From contig OZ024761.1 in the NCBI GenBank assembly GCA_964016885.1, positions 19,592,001 to 19,656,000 of the forward strand: a DNA stretch of 64,000 nucleotides, given 5' to 3'. The notes beneath the pieces were generated by a model that was given only the letters and a program-made list of their open reading frames with translations, had not been told where the DNA came from and ran no database searches. The translations under genes were made by a program, and so were the position numbers. Shown piece by piece: positions 1-12,826 of the stretch. Position 1 is the stretch's first letter, and each line of letters opens with the position of its first letter. The DNA comes from Eledone cirrhosa. Taxonomy: Eukaryota.

Positions 1-390
1 TGAGGATATATTAGCTCTCTAATGAAGTTGTATTTAGCTTTCTAGTAAGGATATATTTAGCTCTCTAGTTAGGATATATTTAGCTCTCTAATGAGGATAT
101 ATTTAGCTCTCTAGTTAGGATATATTTAGCTCTCTAATGAGGATATATTTAGCTCTCTAATGAGGATATATTTAGCAGCCTAATGAGGATATATTTAGCT
201 GTCTATTGGGGATGTATTTAGCTCTCTAATGAGATTGTATTTAGCTCTCTAATGAGATCGTATTTAGCTCTCTAATGAGGATATATTTAGCTCTCTAATG
301 AGGGTATATTTAGCTCTCTAATGAGGATATATTTAGCTGTCTATTGGGGATGTATTTAGCTCTCTAATGAGGTTGTATTTAGCTCTCTAA
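1..390. repeat. 23-bp minisatellite
   Basis: Unit TTTAGCTCTCTAATGAGGATATA. Confidence 0.95.
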
Positions 391-752
391 AAACTGTTTT
401 GAGCCCCGAGGCTCATCAGGTTGGTGCTTATCTTGGTTTCTCTGGCATGAAACTGAGATGTCAATCATCATCATCATGGCCATGCTATTGTCCTATAAGT
501 TGATTATGAGCTGTAACCTTTTCCTTCTTACCTTCCTACCACTCTCTGCCTACATCATCATCATCATCATCATCACCGTTTTATGTCCATTTTTCCACAC
601 TGGCATGGGTTAGACAAGTCCTGTTGTGGGCAATGCTAGGTCAGGGGACCATGTCTTGCTCATACAGAACTGTTTCTGGATAGGTTTCTACAGCTGGATG
701 CCCTTCCTAATGCCAACCTCATTTACATATATTTCAACCTTTTTCTCTCCAG

Positions 753-886
753 CACGGTTCAGGAAGGTACAGGATGGTTTGTTTACGGGCTGTGTGGAAG
801 CCCTGGACACTGTTAACAACACATACAGAGTGATCTTTGACCGAGTTGGCTTGGGTACACATTCTATCTCCGACTACGAGGTTCTG
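753..886 (+). CDS. lin9: LIN-9 homologue, internal exon (Tudor-like region); upstream exons lie outside the window
   Basis: ctccag|CA...GTTCTG|gtgagt; encodes (A)RFRKVQDGLFTGCVEALDTVNNTYRVIFDRVGLGTHSISDYEVL, matching the recalled LIN9 motif DGLFTG.I.A.D.....YRV.FDR.GLGTH...DYEVL. Confidence 0.95.
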
Positions 887-1406
887 GTGAGTTCCTTTTC
901 CTTCTCTATTTCTTCCCTTTCTCCCTCTCTCCTTTCTCCTTCTCCCTCCCCTGTCACTTCCCTCTCTCCTTCTCTCTCTTCTCCTTCCCCACTTCCTTGC
1001 TCTATTTCTTTTCAGAACAATATTTAGCTATTATATATAGATATATATATATATAATGATAATCTCTCTTTCTCTCTGTATATATATATATCATCATCAT
1101 CATCATTTTGCTTGCAAAGGTGGGACGGGAACTGATTCTGGCTTGATTTCTACAGCTGGATGCTCTTCCTAACACCAACCTCATTTACAGTGAGTGCTGG
1201 GTGCTTTTTGCCGTGGCACCTCCACGACCACTTTGCAGTGGAATGATAGGGACCCCAGTCCCTATCATCTCATTTCTACAGCTGAGTAAACTGGAGCAAT
1301 GTGAAATAAAGTGTCTTGCTCAAGGAAACAACACATCACCCGGTCTGAGAATTGAACTCACAACCTTTCGATTGCAAGGCCAATGCTCTAACCACTAAGC
1401 CATGTG

Positions 1407-1469
<63 letters not shown>

Positions 1470-1720
1470 GTGTGTATTTTCGTATTTGTGCTCATAATTT
1501 GGTGTCAATAATATACTGGTTGGATGCCCTTCCTATTACCAGCACCACTTTACAGCATGAACTGGGTGCTTTTATTCGTGCCACCAGCACTCGAGAGGTT
1601 GTCTTACTGGACTCAGAGGCCCTCTCCACCCCATAACTTTGGGATGGTTTTAATGGCTCAATGCAAATTTTATCACCTCCATTTTACAGCATGGACCAGG
1701 TACTTTTATTCATGCCACCA

Positions 1721-1763
<43 letters not shown>

Positions 1764-1947
1764 TATATATTTATTTATTTGTAGATATTAATAGTATAGT
1801 ATACACAACTACCCATCCCCCTTTCTCCCCCACTCTTTCCCCCACACTGTCCAGACCAAATATTTGACCTGTTGACAAACAGGTTGATAAACTTCACCCC
1901 CACCCCCAAAGTATATTTGATATTTGAACATCTTTCTCCATTCCCAG

Positions 1948-2067
1948 AGCACAAGTCCACAGGAAACGACGCCTTTATCAGCATTTCAGCAGCGACACCG
2001 ATCCAAGTTGACCACATCCCATCCACCGAGATATGTTCCTCGGATAGGGTCACCCAGTCACCAATTG
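1948..2067 (+). CDS. lin9: LIN-9 exon
   Basis: ttcccag|AGC...TTG|gtaggt, 120 nt, phase 0-0; STSPQETTPLSAFQQRHRSKLTTSHPPRYVPRIGSPSHQL (LIN9 ..ET.P..AF). Confidence 0.88.
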
Positions 2068-2147
2068 GTAGGTTTGTTTGTTTGTTTGTTTGTTTGTTTT
2101 CTGCTCATCTGTCTCTATTCTGTTTGCTTATATTATTGTTATTATTA

Positions 2148-2340
2148 AGGGTGGTGGATTGGCAGTATCGGTAGAGGGTCGGACGCCATGCTTTCTACCA
2201 TAGTTACGTCCCTTTACGATCTGAGTTCAAATCCCGTCGAGGTTAACTTTGCCTTTCATCCTTACGGGGGGTCGATAAAATAAAGTAGCAGTAATGTACT
2301 GGGGTGATTGCTGGCCTTGTGCCAAAAGTAGAAACAATTA
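2148..2340 (+). mobile_element. tRNA-derived SINE family A (representative; other copies e.g. 6272-6470, 16980-17157, 23444-23655, 30792-31115, 32390-32580, 41222-41402, 43690-43910, 56445-57060)
   Basis: A/B-box-like TGGCAGTATCGG / GAGTTCAAATCC, conserved core GCCTTTCATCCTTACGGGGTCGATAAAATAAAGTACCAG, AT-rich tail. Confidence 0.85.
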
Positions 2341-3019
2341 TTATCACAGCATAATCACCATTGTTATCATCATCATCATCAACATATCATCATCCTCATC
2401 ATCATCATCATCATAACTATTATTATCATCATCGTCATCATCAGCATAATCATCACCACCACCATCATCCTTATCATCATCATCAACATAATCGTCATCA
2501 TCTTCATTACTATTATTCCCCTTAGCTGATTCACCAGTTTCTCACGACCTATAGCTGATACAGTAGTTTCCCTACAACATTTAGCTGATACAGTAGTTTC
2601 CCTATGACCTTTAGTTGACTCAGTAGTTCCCCACAACCTTTAGTTGATTCACCAGTTTCCCTACAACCCTTAACTGGTTCAGTAGTTTCCCACGACCTTC
2701 AGCTCATTAACCAGTTCCCCACGACCTTTAGCTGATTCATCAGTTTCCCTACAACCCTTAACTGGTTCAGTAGTTTCCCATGACCTTCAGCTCATTAACC
2801 AGTTCCCCACGACCCTTAGCTGATTCAATAGTTTCCCCACAGCCTTTAACTATTTCAGAGAGAATCTGCTGTTTTTGTTTTGTATTTGAAAATAAAATGA
2901 CTAATTAATGTTGTGTGTATATATATATAAAACTAGATATTGTGTATATTTGTGTATATATAATTAATTATTGTTGTATATATTTGTATATATATAACTA
3001 AATATTGTTAGAGTATCTT

Positions 3020-3418
3020 GGTCAGACTATGAAGTTTTCAGCTAACCCTTGTATGTATGTATGTATATATATATATATGTGTGAACGACCAAGCATAGAT
3101 GAGTTGAGAGGGAAACTGGGTATAAGAGGGATAAGTTTTGGTGTGCAGGAGAGAAGACTGAGATGGTATGGACCTTTGATGCGCATGGAGGATGACCGCT
3201 GGGTAAAGAAGTGCCAAGAAATCCCAGTAGAAGGAAGACGCAGTAGAGGAAGACTACGAAAAACATCGGCAGAGGTGGTGAGAGCTGACCTCAGATCGCT
3301 GAAGCTCACAGAGGAGATGACGACGGACCGTGACAAGTGGAGAGATGCTGTGCTGAATAGGACCCGTCCCACCTTTGCAAGCAGGGAAAAGCGGACGTAA
3401 AATGATGATGATGATGAT
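3020..3418 (+). mobile_element. RTE-clade LINE 3' fragment
   Basis: ELRGKLGI..VQERRLRWYG..MRM.DDRWVKKC....VEGRRSRGR.RKT, ending in an (ATG)n tail. Confidence 0.85.
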
Positions 3419-3448
3419 AAAACTAATTATTGTTGTATATATTTGCAG

Positions 3449-3550
3449 GAAAACGATCCTCTTCTCAGCAGTTCTCCTATAAAAACCCACTTTCGGAGTT
3501 TGGAAGGGGCCACTTACGGTGGATTTCCTGTCAAGTTTTTATTACATGTA
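3449..3550 (+). CDS. lin9: LIN-9 exon
   Basis: ttgcag|GAA...GTA|gtaagt, 102 nt; ENDPLLSSSPIKTHFRSLEGATYGGFPVKFLLHV (LIN9 NDPLL...GGFPV.FL..V). Confidence 0.93.
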
Positions 3551-3866
3551 GTAAGTACCTTATTATTTTTTTTTTTTGCTGTTTATACTGGGTTCAAAGA
3601 CACCCTTTTATCAACGTCCTTGTTCTTCTGTCTGCTTTTTCCATGCTGGCATGGGTTGGACCGGACTGGATGCCCTTCCGATAACAGTCCTTTTAGTCGC
3701 CTCTTACGATAAGGATACAGTACTTTTGCTAAAAACCAAGATACGCGTTGTATCTGATAAAACCATGATGGGATGGCCATGGCAGACATGTCAGAAATGT
3801 TGGACAGCTAAAAAAGAGGAAAGCTATATGAGGGTCTCCTCCTGAACCTGTCTGAGCAGAGGAATA

Positions 3867-4055
3867 TACAAGGGTCAGCTGAAATGTTCATAAGTACTCT
3901 CATGGAATGACCAAATGAAGTTTATTTTTCAGCATAGTCCTTGGAAAGAAACAATGCAGTTATTAATAAGAGTTGAAATTAATGCATGCAAGATTTCACA
4001 GCTCTAGCATCACTCCTTCATAGTCAGCCTATGAACCTTTCAGCTAACTCTCGTA
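3867..4055. mobile_element. Mariner-like MITE; partial copy at 16190-16270
   Basis: Imperfect TIR TACAAGGGTCAGCTGAAA / TTTCAGCTAACTCTCGTA. Confidence 0.6.
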
Positions 4056-4516
4056 AAATTGGGTCTTGAATCAATATTTAGTACTTGTGTAGTGTTTAGG
4101 GTTTTTGGCTCACAATTGTAAGGTTGTGAGTTTGATTCCTGTAACAGGCAGCACGTTATGTCCTTCAGCTTTCTACAACTAGATGCCCTTCCTATCACCA
4201 ACAACTTTACAGCGTGTACCACCGTGTGTGTTTATAAAGTTTATCATACACAAAACACCAGCATCAACAGTTTTCCAAGAGATGGGAACATCAAGGGACC
4301 TGTTATTTTTCTCTAAAAAAGTTTTTTTCCATTTCCGTCCTTCCGGTCTCCTCAATCTTTCTATTTTTTCTTTAATTTTTCTCTCGTTCTTCTAATGAAG
4401 GACTAGCGTCTGAAACGTTAAGACCCTCTTCCCGCTATTTCAAGCGTTAAACTAATATATTGCTTCTATGTACTGTGCCATTTGTTTTGTTAATTTTGTT
4501 ATTTCTGTTTATCATT

Positions 4517-4553
<37 letters not shown>

Positions 4554-4719
4554 TAAACCCATGCTAGCGTGGAAAATAGACGTTAAACGATGATGATGAT
4601 TATATATATATATATATATCTACTCTTTTATCTGCTCCAGCCATCCGACTGAGGCCATGCTGGGAAACTACTGTATATATTTGTGTGTGATAAAACACCT
4701 ACTTTAATTCTATTTCCAG

Positions 4720-4800
4720 ATTAAACTATCAAAAATACTCTTGATAAAAAAAGAATGGATAAAAAAATTAAAAGAAATGAACTGTCACGCAGAAAAATTT
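4720..4800 (+). CDS. lin9: LIN-9 exon (start of coiled coil)
   Basis: ttccag|ATT...TTT|gtgagt, 81 nt; IKLSKILLIKKEWIKKLKEMNCHAEKF (LIN9 LSKIL.IKKE.IKKL.EMN..AEK). Confidence 0.93.
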
Positions 4801-4857
4801 GTGAGTTCCTCACTTTTTTACTCTCTCTTTCTGATTGTCATGTTGGAAATATGTTAA

Positions 4858-5311
4858 CCCTTTAGCATTTAAACTGGCCATATCCGGCCAGAATTTTCTC
4901 ACCTCTTTCTGTTCAAACTGGCCGTAAATGGCTGCTCAACTGATGTTAAGGTATTTTCCTCCAAATAAATAATATCAAAATCTCACAGATTCGATATTAT
5001 GTGAGATATTACGTGAGATAAAGCCTTTACAGTGAAAATATAATAGTATATAGAGAGTAATGTAAATGCTATGCGAGATAAAGCCTTTACCATGAAAATA
5101 CAATAGTATATATAATATAAATGTTATGTGAGGTAAAGCCTTTACTGTAACAATACATTAGTAAATATAGAGTAATGTAAATGCTATGTGAGGTAAAGTC
5201 TTTACCATGAAAATACAATAGTAAATATAGAGTAATGTAAATGCTATGTGAGGTAAAGTCTTTACCATGAAAATACAATAGTAAATATAGAGTAATGTAA
5301 ATGCTAAAGGG
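4858..5311. mobile_element. piggyBac-like MITE with internal 60-bp tandem; second copy 45307-45527, partial copy 43130-43390
   Basis: TTAA|CCCTTTAGCATTTA ... TAAATGCTAAAGGG|TTAA. Confidence 0.8.
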
Positions 5312-5810
5312 TTAAACCATCCCCTCACCATCATAACTGGATTGTTCCTCCTCCAAACTTTTTAGAATTATGTTGTCTAGTGTGTGCATATGTGTGGTGC
5401 TTGTGTATATATGTGAATAGGTTGTTGTTGTGGTGGTGGTGGTTGTGATGGTTGTGGTGATGGTGATGGTTGTGATGGTTGTAGAGGTTGTGGTAGTGGT
5501 GGTGGTGGAGGTTGTGGTGATGGTGATGCTACTGGTTGTGATGTTGGTGGTAGTGGTTTTGATGATGTTGGTGATGGTAGTGGTTGTGATGGTGCTGGTT
5601 GTGGTTGTGGTAGGTGTGGTGATGCTGGTGTTAGATATGATGGTTGTGGTGATGCTTCTTATGATGGTGGTGGTAGTGGTGGTCATGCTCATTGTGATGG
5701 TGGTGGTAGTGGTTGTGATGATGGTGGTGGTGGTGGTTTGTTGATTTTGTTTCTAATTTTTCAATTGTTTAATTAAATATCCCTGCCCTCTCCCTTCTTT
5801 TCCTCTTTAG

Positions 5811-5936
5811 GAATCATTACAGAAACCAATCACCTATGAATTCCAGCGGAAGTATGCTAGTGTTGTCCTTGAATTGGAACATTTAAATAAGGACTTAAAG
5901 AAATATCTCAACAGTGTGCAGCACTTCTGCCAGGAG
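5811..5936 (+). CDS. lin9: LIN-9 exon
   Basis: ctttag|GAA...GAG|gtatgt, 126 nt; ESLQKPITYEFQRKYASVVLELEHLNKDLKKYLNSVQHFCQE. Confidence 0.94.
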
Positions 5937-6469
5937 GTATGTTATCTCGCTTCACTTCTCTTTTTCAACATTTGGCTGCTAATTTTAGCTAGTTGGCTGA
6001 CGACCACATAAAAGCTTTAATAATAAAAATTGTTTCTACTTTTGATACAAGGCCAGCAATTACCCCAGTGCATTACTGGTACTTTATTTTATCGAGCTGG
6101 GTAATGATGAAAGGCAAAGTAACATCAGCAGGATTTGAACTCAGACTGTTAAGAGCCGTAACTCTATGCTGTGAAGCATGGCATCCGGCCCTAATAATAA
6201 TAATAATGAAATTATTGTGTACAGTGCTCAGGTCCACTACAACTCATCAAAGGTACATTTATTATACATAGAATAATTGTTTCTACTTTTGGCACAAAGG
6301 CCAGCAATTATCCCAGTGCATTACTGGTACTTTATTTTATCGACCCCGTAAGGGTGAAAGGCAAAGTAACCTCGGCGGGATTTGAACTTAGAACGTAAAG
6401 GGTCATAACTCCATGCTGCAAAGCGTGGTGTGTGACGCTCTACCGATACTGCCAAATCACCGCCCTAAT

Positions 6470-7040
6470 AATGATAATGAAATTATTATGTACAGTGTTC
6501 AGGTGCACTACAACTCATTAAAGGTGCATGAGAATAATATGCAAATATCAAGAAAGTGAACAGTGTATGAGCCATGGTATACACATAGATACATGTGTGC
6601 ATGGAGGGGGAATATCAGGTATAGTGTTGTAGAGGAGGAATATCAGGTGTAGTCTTGGCCAATTTCGAGAAGCATGGAGGTTTTAAATGATGCAGTGTCC
6701 CGTCAGCTAACAACCGATGGAGGTAGTTTGTTCCATGGAGGTTTTAAATGATGCAGTGTCCCGTCAGCTAACAACCGATGGAGGTAGTTTGTTCCATGGA
6801 GGTTTTAAATGATGCAGTGTCCCGTCAGCTAACAACCGATGGAGGTAGTTTGTTCATGGAGGTTTTAAATGATGCAGTGTCCCGTCAGCTAACAACCGAT
6901 GGAGGTAGTTTGTCCCATGGAGGTTTTAAATGATGCAGTGTCCCGTCAGCTAACAACTGATGGAGGTTTTAAATGATGCAGTGTCCCGACAGCTAACAAC
7001 CGATGGAGGTAGTTTGTTCCATGCTTCAGCAACTCTGATT
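6470..7040 (-). mobile_element. CR1/L2-like LINE 3' end with internal 61-bp tandem repeat; homologues at 37070-37300 (+) and 39110-39785 (-)
   Basis: Minus strand reads AEAWNKLPPSVVS..TASFK, typical of the CR1/L2 ORF2 C-terminus; (TAA)n tail. Confidence 0.65.
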
Positions 7041-7195
7041 GTTGTTGTTGTTATTCATCATCATCCTCATTTCCGTTGAGCGTCAATTCTTTTACAGAGT
7101 GTACTGGGTGCGCATTTTACCATGGTAGCAGCAGTAAGACTTTAATATTGGTATGAAGACTTCTGTTGAGAAATAAAGTGTTGTCTGTTTTCTAG

Positions 7196-7294
7196 ATTGT
7201 TCCTGAACAGGGTCTGCCTGCCATTGATCAGCCGTCAGAGATTAAACAGAGGTGTGAAGATGAGGCACAGAAAATGGTTGAGAAGGTTCGACTG
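7196..7294 (+). CDS. lin9: LIN-9 exon
   Basis: ttctag|ATT...CTG|gtaagt, 99 nt; IVPEQGLPAIDQPSEIKQRCEDEAQKMVEKVRL. Confidence 0.92.
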
Positions 7295-7339
7295 GTAAGT
7301 TGTGGGGTTTGCACCTGGACCTTAGGGTCACTGTTACTG

Positions 7340-9175
7340 TTATCAGCACTGGCACTTCTTCACACTACGTTACTACCACCACTAATGGCAATACCTCATA
7401 CTACACCACTGCCACTACTGGCACTACTTCATACTACACCACTACCACTAATGGCAATACCTCATACTACACTACTACCACCACTACCACTAATGGCACT
7501 ACTTCACACTACATCACTACCACCACTAATGGCAATACCTCATACTACACTACTACCACCACTGCCACTTCTTCACACTACATCACTATCACCACTAATA
7601 GCAATACCTCATACTACACTACTACCACTAATGGCAATACCTCATACTACACTACTACCACTAATGGCAATACCTCATACTACACTACTACCACCACTGC
7701 CACTACTGGCACTACTTCATACTACACCACTACCACTAATGGCAATACCTCATACTACACTACTACCACTAATGGCAATACCTCATACTACACTACTACC
7801 ACTAATGGCAATACCTCATACTACACTACTACCACCACTGCCACTACTGGCACTACTTCATACTACACCACTACCACTAATGGCAATACCTCACACTACA
7901 CTACAACCACCACTGCCACTACTGGCACTACTTCATACTACACCACTACCACTAATGGCAATACCTCACACTACACTACAACCACCACTGCCACTATTGG
8001 CACTACTTCATACTACACCACTACCACTAATGGCAATACCTCATACTACACCACTACCACTAATGGCAATACCTCACACTACACTACAACCACCACTGCC
8101 ACTACTGGCACTACTTCATACTACACCACTACCACTAATGGCAATACCTCACACTACACTACAACCACCACTGCCACTACTGGCACTACTTCATACTACA
8201 CCACTACCACTAATGGCAATACCTCACACTACACTACTACCACCACTGCCACTACTGGCACTACTTCATACTACACCACTACCACTAATGGCAATACCTC
8301 ACACTACACTACAACCACCACTGCCACTACTGGCACTACTTCATACTACACCACTACCACTAATGGCAATACCTCACACTACACTACAACCACCACTGCC
8401 ACTATTGGCACTACTTCATACTACACCACTACCACTAATGGCAATACCTCATACTACACCACTACCACTAATGGCAATACCTCACACTACACTACAACCA
8501 CCACTGCCACTACTGGCACTACTTCATACTACACCACTACCACTAATGGCAATACCTCACACTACACTACAACCACCACTGCCACTATTGGCACTACTTC
8601 ATACTACACCACTACCACTAATGGCAATACCTCATACTACACTACTACCACCACTGCCACTACTGGCACTACTTCATACTACACCACTACCACTAATGGC
8701 AATACCTCACACTACACTACAACCACCACTGCCACTACTGGCACTACTTCATACTACACCACTACCACTAATGGCAATACCTCACACTACACTACAACCA
8801 CCACTGCCACTACTGGCACTACTTCATACTACACCACTACCACTAATGGCAATACCTCACACTACACTACAACCACCACTGCCACTACTGGCACTACTTC
8901 ATACTACACCACTACCACTAATGGCAATACCTCACACTACACTACAACCACCACTGCCACTACTGGCACTACTTCATACTACACCACTACCACTAATGGC
9001 AATACCTCACACTACAACCACCACTGCCACTACTGGCACTACTTCATACTACACCACTACCACTAATGGCAATACCTCATACTACACTACAACCACCACT
9101 GCCACTACTGGCACTACTTCATACTACACCACTACCACTAATGGCAATACCTCATACTACACTACTACCAGCAAC
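7340..9175. repeat. Intronic ACT/ACC-rich composite minisatellite (30/33/63-bp units)
   Basis: Recurring CCACTAATGGCAATACCTCA.ACTACAC and CTGCCACTACTGGCACTACTTCATACTAC in a lin9 intron. Confidence 0.93.
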
Positions 9176-9466
9176 ACCTCACCTCACCTCACACTACACC
9201 ACTACCAGTAGCACCACCAGCAACACCTCACACTACCACCATTGGCTACAGCACACCACTACCAGTACCTCCTCTATCACCATCACCTCACACTACACAA
9301 ACATCAACACCAACACTACATCACTATCACCACCACCACCACTAACTGCCATACAACACTACACCATCACCACCACTACCACCACCACCACCACCACCAC
9401 CTGCCATACAGCCATACACCACCATCACCACCACCACTAACTGTCCCACTCAACTCTCTTCTACAG

Positions 9467-9553
9467 ACATCCTTCATCAACTCCAAGACTGTCAAGAATG
9501 AACAGATGATGAAATTGGTGATTAACCTCACGTCTTTGATGTTACAGGTCAAG
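9467..9553 (+). CDS. lin9: LIN-9 exon
   Basis: ctacag|ACA...AAG|gtaagt, 87 nt; TSFINSKTVKNEQMMKLVINLTSLMLQVK. Confidence 0.9.
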
Positions 9554-9744
9554 GTAAGTTGGTGTATCACACCTTAATTACCTCACCTCTTTGATGTTAC
9601 AGGTCAGGGTAAGTTGGTGTGTCAAACCTTCCTAATTACCTCACCTCTTTGATGTTAAAGATCAAAATAAGTTAGCGTATCACACCTTAGTTTTATGGCT
9701 TTTAACGTCACTAAATTGATATAGAGATATATCACATGCACATA

Positions 9745-9795
<51 letters not shown>

Positions 9796-10014
9796 TATTG
9801 AAGTTTCCGTTGAAATACTTATACAGCTCCCAAGGGAATGATCGCAGCATATTCTACATTTTTATGAGACTGGCACCTTCCAGCCCTTTTTAAGTCGAGC
9901 ACTCTTCAGTCAATAGGATTTTAAACCAATACTGAACATGGATAAATACCCTTCCTATGACTTATACATTATATATATATATATATATATATAATGTATA
10001 AGTCATAGGAAGGG

Positions 10015-10308
<294 letters not shown>

Positions 10309-10361
10309 TATGGTTTTATAAATATAGTTTCCATTTATTTAATATTGTATATATATATATG

Positions 10362-11040
10362 TAGATAAATCTACCAAAATATACAGTAGTGTCCAATCCG
10401 TATGAAGAACTCAATGTAATCCAAATATCATGAAAAGAGAAGATGTATTCAAAATTTTTTCGATGAAAAACACAGGAAAACAGAGTCAAGATAAATTAAT
10501 AAAAATAATGAATAAAAACAAAGAAATAGTTCCTTATATTAAAAAATTCATCATTTTACGATCGTTTCTAGGATATATATGTGTGTGTTGGTATGTATAT
10601 CATATAGATCTATGTAAAATTTTTACAAACTATCAGAGGGAATATACATACCTACACATATATATGCTGTCTTCAGAAATAATGATATTTGTTTATTGAA
10701 AAAAAAAACCAAAGATATAATATAATAGGTCTGTTTGGGAACAGGTTTTGAATTGACCAATACTTTTCTATTGGTCAATTCAAAACCTGTTCCCAAACAG
10801 ACCTATTATATTAAATCTTTGTTGGTTTTTTTCAATAAACAAATATCATTATTTCTGAAGACAGCATATATATGTGTAGGTATGTATATTCCCTCTGATA
10901 GTTTATAAAAATTTTACATAGATCTATATGATATACATACCAACACACACATATATATCCTAGAAACGATCGTAAAATGATGAATTTTTTAATATAAGGA
11001 ACTGTTTCTTTGTTTTTATTCATTATTTTTATTAATTTAT
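10362..11040. mobile_element. Foldback hammerhead element (Penelope-like remnant), ~272-bp arms + tail
   Basis: Inverted arms 10491-10762 / 10769-11040, 6-nt loop, unpaired tail 10362-10490, TA-rich flanks. Confidence 0.7.
10846..10983 (+). ncRNA. Type I hammerhead ribozyme motif with extended helix II (mirror copy on - in the left arm)
   Basis: TCATTATTT-CTGAAGA-[~100 nt helix II]-GAAA-CGATCG-TA-AAATGATGA: 9-bp helix I, palindromic loop III; base of helix II mismatched. Confidence 0.7.
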
Positions 11041-11355
11041 ATATAGCTTACACACTACACTACACTGGTGTGTGTCGTGATTACACACACACCAGTGTGT
11101 TGCCAACAACAACATGACACTACCTTGATATATGTAACCATTACACACTAGTGTGTAACCATTACACACCAGTGTGTAACCAACATTACACTGCACTGAT
11201 ATATGTAACCATTACACACTAGTGTGTAACCATTACACACCAGTGTGTAACCAACATTACACTGCACTGATATATGTAACCATTACACACCAGTGTGTAA
11301 CCAACACTACACAGCACTGCTATTCTAATAATTTTCTCATATTCTCTCTCTCCAG

Positions 11356-11450
11356 ACATTTGCTGAAAATGACTTCAATTCGTTTGAATTTTGTTCCCTT
11401 CAAGACAGTTTAGATGACATAAAGAAAAGTTTGGATGGCAATAACATAAA
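11356..11450 (+). CDS. lin9: LIN-9 exon
   Basis: ctccag|ACA...ATAAA|gtaggt, 95 nt, phase 0-2; TFAENDFNSFEFCSLQDSLDDIKKSLDGNNI (LIN9 D.NSFEF.SL.DSL.DIK). Confidence 0.93.
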
Positions 11451-12397
11451 GTAGGTGTGATCTTATGATGGCTTATGGTGGTGGTGGTGGTGGTGGGTGA
11501 TGCTGTGATCTTCTGATGGTGGTGGTGGTGGTGGTGACAGTTGGTGTTCTCTTATGAAGGTGGTGGCAGTGGTTGTGATGATGGTTTTGGTGACGAGGTG
11601 GTTCTGGTAGTGATTTTAAAGTAGGTGTGCTCTTCTGATGGTAGTGGTGGCAGTGGTAGTTGTTGTTGTTGTGGTGGTGGTGGTGGTGGTGGTGGTGGTG
11701 GTGGTGGTTGTTGTGGTGGTGGTTGTTGTGGTGGTAGTTGTTAAAATAAAGTACCAATAATGCACTGGTTTTTATTGATTTTCTCTTCCCACCAAAATGA
11801 TTGCCCTTTGCCTAAATCAGAAATCATTAGAAGAGCATTGGACATTATGCTTCAAAGCATAAAACTACGGCCCTTTACATTCTGAGTTCAAATCCCGCCG
11901 AGGTTAACTTTGCCTTTCATCCTTATGGGATCAATAAAATAAAATGGCGTCGATTTAATCGTCATCCCTTCCCCAAATTGTTGGCCTTGTGCCTAAATCA
12001 GAAACCTTTATTTTCATCCTTACGGGGTTGATGAAATAAAGTACCAGTAATGCACTGGGGTTGACTTAATCAACTTCCCTTTTCACCAAAAAAAATTGCT
12101 GGCCTTGTGTCTATATCAGAAACCATTATTGTTATTCATCCTTATGGGGGGCGATGATATAAAGTACCAGTAATACACTAGGGTTCACTTAAACACCCCC
12201 TCCCCCCCAAATATCAACCAGCCCACACTGTAAATGTGGTTGGCATTAGGAAGGGCATCCAGCCGTAGAAAATCAGCCAGAAACACCCCTATTTGAGCGA
12301 GACACGGTCACCCGACCCAACTTGCTTCTAAATGGGACCTGTCTAACCCATGCTAGCATGGAAGATGGATATTAATCAATGATGATGATGATGATGA

Positions 12398-12428
<31 letters not shown>

Positions 12429-12433
<5 letters not shown>

Positions 12434-12639
12434 GTGGTTACACAACAGTTAGTTCACCATACCGAGAACAATTGTTTCACCTTAGCGGATCCTCAGCTCG
12501 TAATGGACATGGTTATACGGAACAGGAAATAATTGTTCTCGGTATGGTGAACTAACTGTTGTGTAACCACTTCTACCTAACTCGCCCCATCGACTGAGTG
12601 CTCTACCACTACGGATATTACCTTCCAGTGTTCTACCAC

Positions 12640-12640
<1 letters not shown>
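12429..12640. mobile_element. Short foldback hammerhead element
   Basis: 45-bp perfect inverted arms 12429-12473 / 12531-12575, tail to 12640, (TA)n on both sides. Confidence 0.7.
12463..12500 (-). ncRNA. Minimal type I hammerhead ribozyme motif
   Basis: Minus strand CGAG-CTGAGGA-TCCGCTAAGGT-GAAA-CAATTG-TT-CTCG. Confidence 0.7.
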
Positions 12641-12670
<30 letters not shown>

Positions 12671-12730
12671 CAAGGCTCTGATACCATCAACACTATAAAC
12701 ACAGAGCTGGCATATCTAAGAACTGACTAC

Positions 12731-12784
12731 CTGCCTGATGAGGTCATAGCCATTCAATGGCTATCATCGAAATATATATAGCAG
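12731..12784 (+). ncRNA. Type I hammerhead ribozyme motif (monomeric element between TA tracts)
   Basis: CTGC-CTGATGA-GGTCATAGCCATT C AATGGCTATCATC-GAAA-TATATA-TA-GCAG, then AATAAA. Confidence 0.78.
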
Positions 12785-12826
12785 TAAATAAAGGATTATG
12801 AGTTCATGCAATTGACTTATGTTTCG

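Noticed and set aside
2148-2260. tRNA-like A/B boxes as tRNA genes
   Set aside because: No full cloverleaf; they continue into a SINE core and tail and are present in many decayed copies.
7274-9440. Thr-rich mucin-like 588/645-aa ORFs
   Set aside because: They lie in a lin9 intron and are triplet-based minisatellite sequence open in two frames.
10491-11040. Long palindromes as ordinary MITEs or assembly/chimera artefacts
   Set aside because: The arms differ by substitutions and indels, recur as dispersed families, have one-sided tails and contain ribozyme cores, unlike the TIR/TSD MITEs also present in the window.
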